Assembly: GCF_001194135.2 (NCBI RefSeq)
Contig: NC_068985.1
Span: 30,021,934 to 30,057,646, forward strand
Reading direction: 5' to 3'
Length of the DNA stretch: 35,713 nucleotides
Origin: Octopus bimaculoides
Lineage: Eukaryota
Positions 1-11,420 of this stretch are shown here, piece after piece. The position numbers and the translations under genes are program-made. Under the pieces are notes generated by a model. The model did no database searches, was not told the origin of the DNA, and saw only the letters and a list, made by a program, of their open reading frames with translations. Each line of letters begins with the position of its first letter. Position 1 is the stretch's first letter.

Positions 1-1317
1 CTAGTGAGTTCAGGCATCCCGTGTGCCATAAATATCGCCATCCATTTAGAGAAAAATTTGTAGTTTAGAATCAGTAGTTCTTTGACTGCTATTTCTAAAT
101 TTTCAGTATGTTGGAGAAGCAACTCAATGCTAATCCCTGTATATTTATGATGATAAATGGTTTTACCGATAAAGGTTTTTTCATACTGAACTACTTGGCA
201 AAATTGTTAATTATTAATTCTATTATTAATTGATGATTCCCTGCCCTTATTCTTGTATTCTTGTATATATATATATATATATATATCTTACTGTCTCTTT
301 CACTCTCTCACTATCTATATACATGCGCATATATGCACATATGTTATATACATACTTGTGAATATGTATATAGATATAAATTTGTGTATGTATATACATG
401 TAAACGTAAACACGTGCATAAGTCCAGGTACTTTTTATCTATTACATTAGAGTTTCCTCCGTCCAACAGCTGTCAAACAATAAGAGCCCAAAACGACAAG
501 AACAATAGCAGTAGTAACAACAACAACGTTAAATTAAACAAACAGCAGAAAATAAATAATCACTGGGTTTGTTAGGTCTGAAAATTTTCACAATTACTTG
601 AAAACTTCAGCAGCCATCCGTTGTCATTCACAGCTATTTGTTAATACTGTCCAGACATGTGTTTTATTTTCTGTTATTTGCAAATGCTAAAATATGCACA
701 TTAGTTTGGCGGCAGGAAGCGGGGGTGAGGTGGCTAGGGGTAGGAAAAAGTAAAGTTTAATGCGACTACGTAGAAATATTAAAAGCTCACAGTAAACTCG
801 AAAAAAGAGAGTAAGTTTATTGGTTTTTACATCGTTATCTGTGTGAAACGGTTAAGTAAGGGGGGGGGGCTTAATGTAACCGCGAGAAAGAAAAATATTC
901 AATTACATATATACATATAAACATACCTACATTCATACACACACACACACANNNNNNNNNNNNNNNNNNNNNNNNNNNNNNNNNNNNNNNNNNNNNNNNN
1001 NNNNNNNNNNNNNNNNNNNNNNNNNNNNNNNNNNNNNNNNNNNNNNNNNNNNNNNNNNNNNNNNNNNNNNNNNNNNNNNNNNNNNNNNNNNNNNNNNNNN
1101 NNNNNNNNNNNNNNNNNNNNNNNNNNNNNNNNNNNNNNNNNNNNNNNNNNNNNNNNNNNNNNNNNNNNNNNNNNNNNNNNNNNNNNNNNNNNNNNNNNNN
1201 NNNNNNNNNNNNNNNNNNNNNNNNNNNNNNNNNNNNNNNNNNNNNNNNNNNNNNNNNNNNNNNNNNNNNNNNNNNNNNNNNNNNNNNNNNNNNNNNNNNN
1301 NNNNNNNNNNNNNNNNN

Positions 1318-1357
<40 letters not shown>

Positions 1358-1976
1358 TGTGTGTTTCGGCATGTATAATGAAGTGAGTACATATAACAGG
1401 AAGTGAAAACTTAGTACTTGTATGATTATATTTATTCATTTACAGGAACCGGAAACATCTTATTCACTACATATACAAGGCAAATATGCGTGTGTGAGTG
1501 TGTGTGTATATGAGTGTGTGTATGCTGTATGTATACAGATACACAGAAGCACATATTTATAAATATACATGTATGTACATGTGTGTGTATCTATGCAATA
1601 TCTATGTATATGGCTGTGTGTGTACACAAACATACGCGCATATTCTATTGAGGTACGGCGGCTGAGTCAATCCATATAGTGACCTGCCTTTAGGCTGGTC
1701 ACTATATTCTACTTTGCGTCAGCATTATTTGGAAATCGATATGACAAGATCAGGTTTAAAAAATATAGAACTGTTTGTTTGAGTAGTTGTTTCATGTTCA
1801 GAAAATACCTATCTCAAATATTCTGATTGCAGCCATAGAATCGGCCTTCTAAAGTTGACTTACAGGTTATATATATATATATATATATATATTATGATCG
1901 GCCATTATTATGATTGACCGTTGACTGAACACTATTCAATTTTTTTTCTCCGTGTTTTTCTCCTTGTCTCCGTATT

Positions 1977-2011
1977 CTTTCTGTTGAAGAGCGTAGCTCG
2001 AAACGTCAAAG
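1977..2011 (+). ncRNA. Variant minimal type I hammerhead-like motif (Penelope-terminal-repeat type), copy 1
   Basis: CUUU-CUGUUGA-A-GAGC(GUA)GCUC-GAAA-C-GUC|AAAG: stem I CUUU/AAAG, stem II GAGC/GCUC, palindromic ACGU helix III, GUC triplet. The core deviates (A6U plus an extra A). Confidence 0.6.
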
Positions 2012-2344
2012 GTTCGAGGTTATGGTTCATCACAAAGGGTTCGAGGTTATGGTTCATCACAATTCTATATTGTGAACCCGTGATAGCGCTCCAGTCAAAC
2101 AGGATTTTACCCAGATTAATATATAAGACAAGGTATAAATAATGATCATTACGTATTTTTCCTTTATTAGAGTAAATATGGCTTACAACTGTTTCAAGTA
2201 GTCATTATAGGTACGTTACTTATAGGTTCACTCAATTGGTTTCTTGATCAGTTGAGGTGACCCTTCTGTCCGGCATTCGCCATGATAGATAGATCGCTAA
2301 CCACTACACACATTTTTTTTCTCTCCTTGTTTCTTTCTGTGTTC

Positions 2345-2380
2345 CTTTCTGTGGAAGAGCGTAGGCTCGAAACGTTAAAG
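2345..2380 (+). ncRNA. Variant minimal type I hammerhead-like motif, copy 2
   Basis: CUUU-CUGUGGA-A-GAGC(GUAG)GCUC-GAAA-C-GUU|AAAG, 368 nt downstream of copy 1 with similar pyrimidine-rich upstream flank. Confidence 0.55.
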
Positions 2381-2470
2381 ACTTTTTCCATTCCCGAATG
2401 CTATACTAATACATCTGTTTGTTTTCTACACCACCTGTCTTCGTCTTTTGTTTTTTAGTAAATTCTCCCT

Positions 2471-2488
2471 ATATATATATATATATAT

Positions 2489-2567
<79 letters not shown>

Positions 2568-2576
2568 AAGAGAGAT

Positions 2577-2623
<47 letters not shown>

Positions 2624-2675
2624 TGTATGTATGCATGTATGTATGTATGTATGTATTTATGTATGTATGTATATG
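2471..2675. repeat. Compound microsatellite (TA)n-(GA)n-(GATA)n-(TATG)n
   Basis: Directly visible. Confidence 0.98.
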
Positions 2676-3139
2676 CAGATATATATCTAGTATAATTCGG
2701 ATAAAACATACCATTATAGAAAATCGTTCTTTATAATTCTTATAATATATTTGGATAGGGTGGAATGTGTGTGTGTGTGTGTGGGTATTACTGATGGGAG
2801 GCCTCGACAATGTGAAGGCTATGTTGTCAATTATGTGCAAGAAATAGCAGTCGAATCTATTTTGAATCACAACCTATCGCCTGAAAAAGGAAGGATAATG
2901 TAGTTCCCAAAGTAGGGCTGTTTTGTTTGGAAAGCTATTGATCATAGGTCTGCTAAAGTAAAGCTGACCTTAAGCTAAATAATGGCAACGTCATACAATG
3001 CATACATACGCTCAAAAAACGCTATCTTTAAGATAGCTTGTTAAGTGTGCTTATCTTTTTTAAAATGTATCGTATTTTCTTTCAGTGTTTTTTCCTTGCT
3101 AGAGACTTATGTCAAAATTTGGTAGTGTTTTAATTCCTT

Positions 3140-3335
3140 GTCTTTTATTTTTTACTTGGTTCGGTCACTGAACTGCGACCATGCTGGGACACCATCATGA
3201 ATGGCTTTGGTAAACGAATTGACCCCAGGAATTATTTTTTAAAGCCTGGTACTTACTCTGTTCTGGTATTTATTTTGCCGTACAGCTAATTTACAGGAAC
3301 GTAAACGAACCATCATCGATTGTCAACCATTCAAG
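3140..3335 (-). mobile_element. 3' half of an octopus-type SINE (tail ...ggtgtcccagcatggtcgcag...gaccgaaccaagtaaaaa)
   Basis: Similar to the in-window copy at 32400-32490 (gtaccaggctt...aataa...ctggg.tc.att) and to the tail at 35585-35645. Confidence 0.75.
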
Positions 3336-3438
3336 TGTCAAAGTGGTGAAGAGTGAGGGTAGGTGAGACGGCGAGAAATAGAGAGAAATTGAAAGAGAGA
3401 AATAAATAGAAATAGATAGACAGAGAGAGGAAGAGAGA

Positions 3439-3492
<54 letters not shown>

Positions 3493-4100
3493 CAGGCAGA
3501 CAGAGCCAGGATGTGTACATATAAGCAAGAATACCACGATACATGTGTGTTTGAATATTATGAATTATCAAGGGCAAAGAATTTAATCCGGAGCGTAGTT
3601 ATCGCTAGTTCAAAAGCCAAAATGGAAATTGTAGCTTGCCATTAGTCTTCGANNNNNNNNNNNNNNNNNNNNNNNNNNNNNNNNNNNNNNNNNNNNNNNN
3701 NNNNNNNNNNNNNNNNNNNNNNNNNNNNNNNNNNNNNNNNNNNNNNNNNNNNNNNNNNNNNNNNNNNNNNNNNNNNNNNNNNNNNNNNNNNNNNNNNNNN
3801 NNNNNNNNNNNNNNNNNNNNNNNNNNNNNNNNNNNNNNNNNNNNNNNNNNNNNNNNNNNNNNNNNNNNNNNNNNNNNNNNNNNNNNNNNNNNNNNNNNNN
3901 NNNNNNNNNNNNNNNNNNNNNNNNNNNNNNNNNNNNNNNNNNNNNNNNNNNNNNNNNNNNNNNNNNNNNNNNNNNNNNNNNNNNNNNNNNNNNNNNNNNN
4001 NNNNNNNNNNNNNNNNNNNNNNNATATATATATATATATAAATTCAATAATAGGACGAATTCTTTTACAAGAATTTATCAAGTAGCTAGCGTGAAAAAAC

Positions 4101-4141
4101 CTCATAAGGGAAAAATCCATCATTTATTCCCGAAATATATA
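4101..4141 (+). ncRNA. Degenerate type I hammerhead-like motif
   Basis: CUCAUAA-GGGAA...UUCCC-GAAA-UAUAUA: 5-bp stem II and palindromic AUAUAU helix III, but two core mismatches and a poor stem I. Confidence 0.35.
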
Positions 4142-4270
4142 TTTATATTTATATAAGGGCATTACTATACAATAATGCCTCACGCTATGAGGGACTCTAA
4201 GGTCAGACTACCATAAAAAGTACATTTTTACCGAACGCGAGGAAATGCAACTCCTTAAAAACAGACTAAA

Positions 4271-4330
4271 TTATAGATCATGATTTCGTAGTTATTGTAG
4301 TATTATACAACCTCTACTCGTCAGTAGATC
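4271..4330 (-). ncRNA. Type I hammerhead ribozyme motif with canonical core
   Basis: Minus strand GAUCUA-CUGACGA-GUAG(AG)GUUGUA(UAAUAC)UACAAU(AA)CUAC-GAA-AUCAUGAU-C|UAUAA: exact CUGANGA/GAAA core, 4+6 bp stem II, perfect 8-nt palindromic helix III, AUC triplet. Stem I is short and mismatched. Confidence 0.7.
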
Positions 4331-4470
4331 TTAGGGATATTCAGCATGACACAGAATATGACAAGGCAAATCCTTTCAAATAGAGGTACTACACGTTTTT
4401 ACCAACTGAATGGTTAATGTAAGAATTGGCCTGTAATATTACTTCATCCAGCGTTGTTGTTCACAATTCG

Positions 4471-4510
<40 letters not shown>

Positions 4511-4578
4511 TGTGTGTGTATGTGTGTGCATATATGAATATTAGTTTCCTAGCTAGTAAATCCTCCTATGTAATAATT

Positions 4579-4627
4579 ACTCAGCGAGGGGCACTCAGCG
4601 TGGGGCACTCAGCGAGGGGCACTCAGC
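4579..4627. repeat. 14-bp GC-rich minisatellite (actcagcgaggggc) x3.5
   Basis: Units at 4579, 4593, 4607 and a partial unit at 4621. Confidence 0.95.
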
Positions 4628-5689
4628 TAGCTACACATCAGACCGAATATACCTTAATTATATGTAGGTTAAATTGTCATTTCGGAATCTCAATTTATCT
4701 CACCAAAGATATAATTTGAATGTATATATATATAATTTGAATATATATACATATGTGTAGTTGAAAAATTTCGTTATAGGTATAAATATACCATAAGCAA
4801 GTATTAAAAAATGGAGAAAAAAATCAAATATGATAAAATAAAATACAATAAGGGAGAATACAGATGGGGTAATAGGGAAAAATCGAATGTACTCCTTTAT
4901 TACTGTATTAGTTTGTATCTTCCCTTACACATGCACCCTTGTATGTGTATGTGTGAGTGTATGCACCTGTGTGTGTGTATGTGTATGTGTATGTTTATAT
5001 GTATGTATGTATGTGTTAAGTGCATAGGTTTTTCTATTGTAAATTAATAATTTTCTCCTTCATATATTTGTTTTTGTTCTTATTCTTTTTTTATTGTCTT
5101 CCCTACTCCTGGCTAGTTTTTTAGTAAGGGAACTCTTTTGAATACACCGGCCTGTCCTGTCTGTGATCGTTGCTTTTCTTTGTTAATTTTGTTTTTGTTT
5201 TTTTTTTCTCTGCTTTTACGTACATTTTTACTTAAATATTGTATCATTTTCAAACAGTCTTGTCTCTCAGCTTTAAGCCTCTTGCAATATATATATGTTT
5301 TTCGTATTTTCAATATTAATATGTATACGTATAACTCACTATGCTTTTTTTCTGCTAGTGAACCTGTTGCGTTATATTATACTTTACACACGTGGCCTTG
5401 TTTACATTATACTTCGTCTCGACCTGTTACTATTGCTTAAAACATATCCGTTAGATTTTTATTTTTATGTTATAGTTTACTGCACATATAGACTTGCATA
5501 GACATTGATATGTCTTTCTTTTTCATCTCTCTCCCTATTATTATTATTATTATTATTTTTCCCTTTTACAATTTGTTTTTTTCCCTATTACCCCCTCTGT
5601 ATTCTCCCTTATTGTATCTTAATTTATCTTATTTTACTTTATTTTATTTCATATTATTAAACTTTTTTGATGTTCTTCCAAAAATTCCT

Positions 5690-5782
5690 CACACTGATGA
5701 GAACGACAATGCATAAATTTAATTATAATTACTATGATTATAATTTTTTCTTACATATTTGTATTGTCTTTCGAAACGTGCG
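5690..5782 (+). ncRNA. Hammerhead-like motif with 72-nt extended stem II, probably inactive
   Basis: CACA-CUGAUGA-GAACGACAAU...AUUGUCUUUC-GAAA-CGUG: exact core, 9 of 10 pairs at the stem II base, but G at the cleavage position or deletion of UH. Confidence 0.55.
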
Positions 5783-6037
5783 TATGTATTGAATCCAATT
5801 TTGTATTAAATCTAATTTTGATTCAACATATTTTTTCTCCATTTTTATACTTGTTTATGGTATATTTATACATATAACGAAATTTTTCAACTATTATTTT
5901 CAAATTCTTATTACTTGTTCTAGCTGATTTTTATGAATATGATGAATTTTTATTAGAAATCAATTTTTCTCTCTTTTTGGATCTCTTAAAAAGTTTGAAT
6001 TGTTCTTTCTGAACTTATTTTTTCTCATTTACATATA

Positions 6038-6147
6038 AGTATGTATGTATGTATGTATGTATGTATGTATGTATGTATGTATGTATGTATGTATGAATGT
6101 ATGTATGTATGTATGTATGTATGTATGTATGTATGTATATATATATA
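6038..6147. repeat. (TATG)n microsatellite
   Basis: Directly visible. Confidence 0.98.
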
Positions 6148-6694
6148 GTTCACAGATGAGATCCAGTGATTCTCCGTATAGAAGACACTTAGTAGTGCTG
6201 AAAAGATTCAAACTTAGTCTCCGATGTCTTTACAGGGTATCATTCCACAAGGTAAAGAAAGGCTATAAAAGGGTTCAGGTTGAGCGGGTATAGAGGCAAC
6301 TATGCAGATAAACAAATTAGACACATCAAATATATTAAATATATTAAATACTTTAAATACAGAATATGTATATATGTATATATGTAAAACAAGAGAAAGC
6401 AAACGGTGGAAACTTTCAAATGATGAATTTATATGTATAAATACATCGATATTTATATTTAAAGGTTCAACTAACAAACACCTGAAAGAGAGAAAGGGGT
6501 GAGGGAGAGAGGTGTTTGTTAGTTTCTGTGCCCGTTGTGTCTGTGTGTGTCGATGGGTGGACGGGGAGGGACTGTTTTCTCTATGTATGCATGCTTGTAT
6601 GTTCATTTGCATGTACGCACACGTGTATGTTTCTTTCCAAAGAGATGCATCTACAAACATGGAGACGAAGTGTAATGGAAGTGTTAAACACGCA

Positions 6695-6746
<52 letters not shown>

Positions 6747-7159
6747 TATTGTGAACAACAACGCTGAATGAAGTAAGCCTGCAGGCTAATTCTTACTTTA
6801 AGCGTGCACGACTGCTACTGTGTTGCTGAGTTCACACTGCAGCTGACTGCACTCGTCTTGCACTTTATTGAACTAATACACATCTGCCAAACTGTACTCT
6901 GTTGCTTTACTGTACTCCGTTGCACTATATTCCTTTATTGTATACTATACGGTAAGTACTTTGTTATGTTGTTGTTTTTTTTAATGAATATGGTGATATA
7001 CTATACAACAGTATAATGCTGTTACATTCTATTGTACAATACTATGTATACTATACTATATGTTCTATGGTAGTAGTGTATTATTACTGTGACATCATTG
7101 TCTCAGTCTTATCTCTACACAGTCAACGTTTTATATCATTTCCATTCTGCCTCTGCACT

Positions 7160-7560
7160 CTTTCTAACTCCACCGAGGGCGCTCCTAAGCCCGGCTGCAA
7201 ACGGAAAAGGGTGGTTGCCCTGCTGAGGTAGCCAGAATCAGGAAACTGGGAAAACCAGGCGAGAAAACGTATGGATAGTATCGGACAACGCTTATTCGTT
7301 CATGCCACTGAATCCTAGGCAGCCGATGCATCAGCACGGGGGACCCAAGGTGCGATTGGGAAATGGATGACTGGCTGAAGCAACTATCTTCCATATCGAT
7401 CGCATGCTTGACCAAAGAGCTTCAGACAGCGTCATCACGTTTCAACCAGTGTCCGATCGCCTGGTGGTCCTAAGTACTGAAGTCTCAGCGTCTCGACCTC
7501 GAGAATGTTAAGGCAAACACCATTGATCGGAAAGCATGGAATAACATCATTTAGCGGCAC
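7160..7560 (+). mobile_element. Decayed RTE-clade derivative: 5'UTR-like motif followed by RT C-terminus
   Basis: taactcc..tcctaagcccgg..agggtgg resembles RTE 5'UTRs as I recall them. 7490-7553 translates LDLENVKANTIDRKAWNNII*, resembling the RTE terminal a.DR..W motif. Confidence 0.45.
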
Positions 7561-8479
7561 TCACAGCAGCATATTGGTTGAGAGGACAGCCCCACTCTGG
7601 TCGCCAGCTTGGGATTTTACTTGTTTTTATTTCACTCTTTCTAGAGCCCCTAAACTGTACCCCTTCTGTACCCACACTTTCTCTATATCATCACCATGTC
7701 ACTAACATTCTATCTCCATATTATTCTTATGCTATCTCGAAACTGTCTCCATACTGTCTTCGTAGAATTTCAACACTGTCTCTATGTTTCCAAGTATAGA
7801 ATAGTATTGGAGATCCCAATCTCTCATTACACTGTTTCCACAGTACGTACACAGCGCCCCTTCTATATCACCACTAACTCCATACTGCTACCTTGCTATC
7901 TAACCTGTCTCCATAATATCTTGACGCTGACTCCAAACCAACTCCATACTGCCTTTGTACAGTCTCATTACTCTAACTATCAATGGTTATAACTGGGGAA
8001 TCGACGGTACTATCAGCACGTTGTCGCCACACTATTCCCATGTTGCTTGACTCAGTCAGCAGCTGATTGTACAACGCTGTTCTGTACTGCATTCCGTCAC
8101 ATTCTTTGACTGCATGCACCATTCTCCTACATCATGCTTTACTCGAGCCAACGAGGGAATCTCTACATGATCGCCAGACAATTCTAGTAATAGAAACCAT
8201 ATCCCTGCTAAAAAAATCTTTGTGCTTATTGAGAAAGAATACATTAGGCAGTATGGTCTTGGGTTCCCTTCACGTTGCAAATAGACTAGGTGACCACGGC
8301 TGGAAAGACTTTGATCATGCATCTGCTTGACCAAGGTTGATCTGTGTCTAAGCAAGAACAGCAATAATCTGGCTCTGCTAAACTGAACTTTAAATATGGA
8401 GTGATGGTTTACTTTCATTTCCTCGTGTTTGCATGGATGAGATAGTGTATATTTTTAGCAATTGTTTTTACTGTTAGGT

Positions 8480-9616
8480 AAAGTGGACCTCAATATGGTC
8501 AACGGACTTTCCAGAAACAGCAATCAAATCTCCCATAAATTCCACTCTACCATCTTTAAAAAAATGTGAAGAAATTAAATAAATCTGAGGAAATACTCTT
8601 ACAGACCTTAAATGATGTTTTTAAGGGTCAGTGCTTACCGCATTTTCCATGGTATTAATAGGTGAGAGATAATTGTCCTATTCTCCCTAAGATAAGTTCC
8701 AGTCTTTCATCTCTAGCTTTCCCAGACGATCTATTAAGACTCTTTACTAGGAAAAATTCAGGTCTTCAAGTTAGTTACTAATCCTAAACAGAGTGTTGGA
8801 TGCACATCACCATTGGTGAATGTTATGTTGAGATGACTGTTACATTCTTGCAGGATCCTCCTTGCTCACAATAGTTGTGGTTGCTGGTAGAACTGCATGT
8901 GCATAGCCTTATTACACGATGGAAACAAAAAACGTAATCTTAAACAGAAGTCATCGATTTGGAACGTATCTCCAGACATCAGAACCATCTCAACCGATTA
9001 TTTAGAAGCTTTCAAAGAACGTGTGTTGAGACAACTCCTGTCACTCTCGCAATTGGAAATGCAGTGAACCATGATCTGGCCAGCTGGAAAACACTTTTCT
9101 CTTTAAATGCTAGAATTAATGTAGAAAAATGTTTCTGGCCTTACTACATAAATTTTTCTCTGAAGTAGTTCTAATTTTCGTTCTCTGAAGGTCCACTATA
9201 GCTGCGGTTGATGAGACTTGCAAATGTCAAGTTAGAAGTAAGCGGAGCTTGAATCATCTCAAGTATACCAATTAAAATGGCTAAGAAAAAGTACATCGGC
9301 ATGTGCAAGGCATGATTTCAAGGAAAGATTTCATGATCACGAATCATTAGCCAGGCACACTCATAAAAGAAGTACACAGAATTATCAAACCACATCAGTA
9401 AACTGAGGGGCAAAAACATCGCTTACATCACCAAAAAGTGAGTTCTCGAGCAATCAAAACCAAACGTAACTGGATCAAAGAAATGTAGCTCCTGTATTGC
9501 AGAAAGACAGAACATACACCCTGCAAAAGTTGAAAAGCTATATCAACTATTTAAATTCTAGAACTGAGATTTTCACTAGATATATCCACCAAGACAAGTT
9601 TATTTCATTCATTTAG
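8480..9616 (+). mobile_element. Penelope-like element ORF relic (RT plus GIY-YIG endonuclease), frameshifted
   Basis: Manual translation gives KFHSTI (cf. FYPSI), FSMVLIGE (cf. MGSFDGAE), FPDDL (cf. YRDDGL), DYLEAFKE, WKTLFSLNARINVEK.FLALLHKFF (cf. WFNPPFS.NV.TN.GK.FL), then VYQ..KKYIG..FKERFHDHES..ELSNHISKL..SKKCSSCIAERQNI and LNSRTEIFTRYIHQDKF, stop at 9614-9616. Confidence 0.88.
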
Positions 9617-10239
9617 AAGATATCTCCTACACCGAGATGACCATATCAAAATTCTCCAGGTCAGATCTCCATTTACTCAATGAACTTGCACACTGAATCT
9701 ACATCAAATCTCTATAAAGTACACACCTATGAATTATCAACAATTTGGGGCGTATCAGCAAACCACCCTATTAGCTGTCAATAAATTTCGACATTCCAGC
9801 CACACACAACACAAACACCTACAATAAGCGTAAACATCTAAGTAAATTCAACACAACATAATATGCTTACAAATTATTTTTCTTCATTTAAAAGAATATT
9901 TTAGGTTTCAAAATAAACTAATTGCTGAGCACCTAAGGGAAGAACATTACGTTTTTAAATACTGACTTAACGTTCCTTCCAGGTGAATGAACGATTGACT
10001 CCCGAATGATGATTCATTCTTTGCTCAAAAAAATCTCGTACTAGCGGTAGCCATTTTGTGGAAAACACGAAATATTGTCGGAATACGATGGCAGCGGCTT
10101 GATATAAGCTAAGCCAGGTATCGTTCTCCTGACATGAAACCTAAGCGTTATGTCGAAAAAAGATACTCTATTGAAGATATTAATAATACTCGACTGTAAT
10201 GAGTGTTGTATTTTACTGAATCTATCAACAAACATTTAG

Positions 10240-10242
<3 letters not shown>

Positions 10243-10326
<84 letters not shown>

Positions 10327-10340
10327 ACATACACACACAC
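10243..10340. repeat. (CA)n microsatellite
   Basis: Directly visible. Confidence 0.98.
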
Positions 10341-10899
10341 GTGTTTGTATGAATGTATAAATATATGAGGGTGTTTGTGTATATGTAGACGAGACGGTGC
10401 TTATATTTGGATGCATGCACGCATGCCTACCGCATAACTCGAGGCCAGTTTAAATCACAAGCTTGCGTGTGCATTTGTTAGTCTCTGAATGTGATTCTTC
10501 GTGTTTGTATATATAATAGTATGTGTTCGTATAAGTACGCATTTGTGCGTGTGTATGTGTGTGCGTGTGTGTGCGTGTGTACTTTTATGTGTATTTTATG
10601 TATTTGTGTATATACGCATAAATGTATGCTTTGTGTTATCTGAGGTTATCCGAAAGTCTTTACATCACTTACCTTTGTTCAATGTTGCATGAAAGAAGCT
10701 GTGATGTACTAGCTATCAACTTGCTCCTTCCCCCCCCCTCTCTCTCTCTATCTATCTATCTATCTATCTCGTTCCTCCTCACTTTCTCTCAAACTTTCTC
10801 CGTTTATGTGTTTCTCGTTTTCTCTGCCACACTTCCATTATCTCTTCAATATATCTGTATTTAGGTTTGTCTGCTTGTCTGTGTCTGTCCGTCTGTCTA

Positions 10900-10989
10900 T
10901 GTGCGTATGTATGTATGTATGTATGTATGCATGTATGTATGTATGCATGTATGTATATATACGCTTATACATCTATATATACATTTACA

Positions 10990-11082
<93 letters not shown>

Positions 11083-11103
11083 CCTACCTACCTACCTACC
11101 TAC

Positions 11104-11141
<38 letters not shown>

Positions 11142-11172
11142 GTCTGTCTGTCTGTCTGTCTGTCTCTGTCTA

Positions 11173-11225
<53 letters not shown>

Positions 11226-11420
11226 GTCTGTGTGTGTGTGTGTATGTGTGCATGTGCGTGTGTATGTATATATGTATATGATATATACCCATATGCACAC
11301 ACACGCACACACACACACACACTCACACACAAACATACACATACACATACACACACAAACACACCCACACACACGCACACACATAGACACAGACATATAC
11401 AGACACACAACACACACACG
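10900..11420. repeat. Compound microsatellite (TATG)n-(TCTA)n-(CCTA)n-(TCTG)n-(TC)n-(TA)n-(TG)n-(CA)n
   Basis: Directly visible. Confidence 0.97.

Noticed and set aside
1-30. Helitron 3' end on the minus strand (GGCA..TGCC hairpin then CTAG)
   Set aside because: The hairpin is only 4-5 bp, the flank is cut by the window edge, and no helicase remnant is upstream.
6236-6251. 16-nt micro-exon (tttacag|GGTATCATTCCACAAG|gtaaag)
   Set aside because: The splice-like flanks are good, but the length is not a multiple of 3 and nothing else supports it; such matches are expected by chance.
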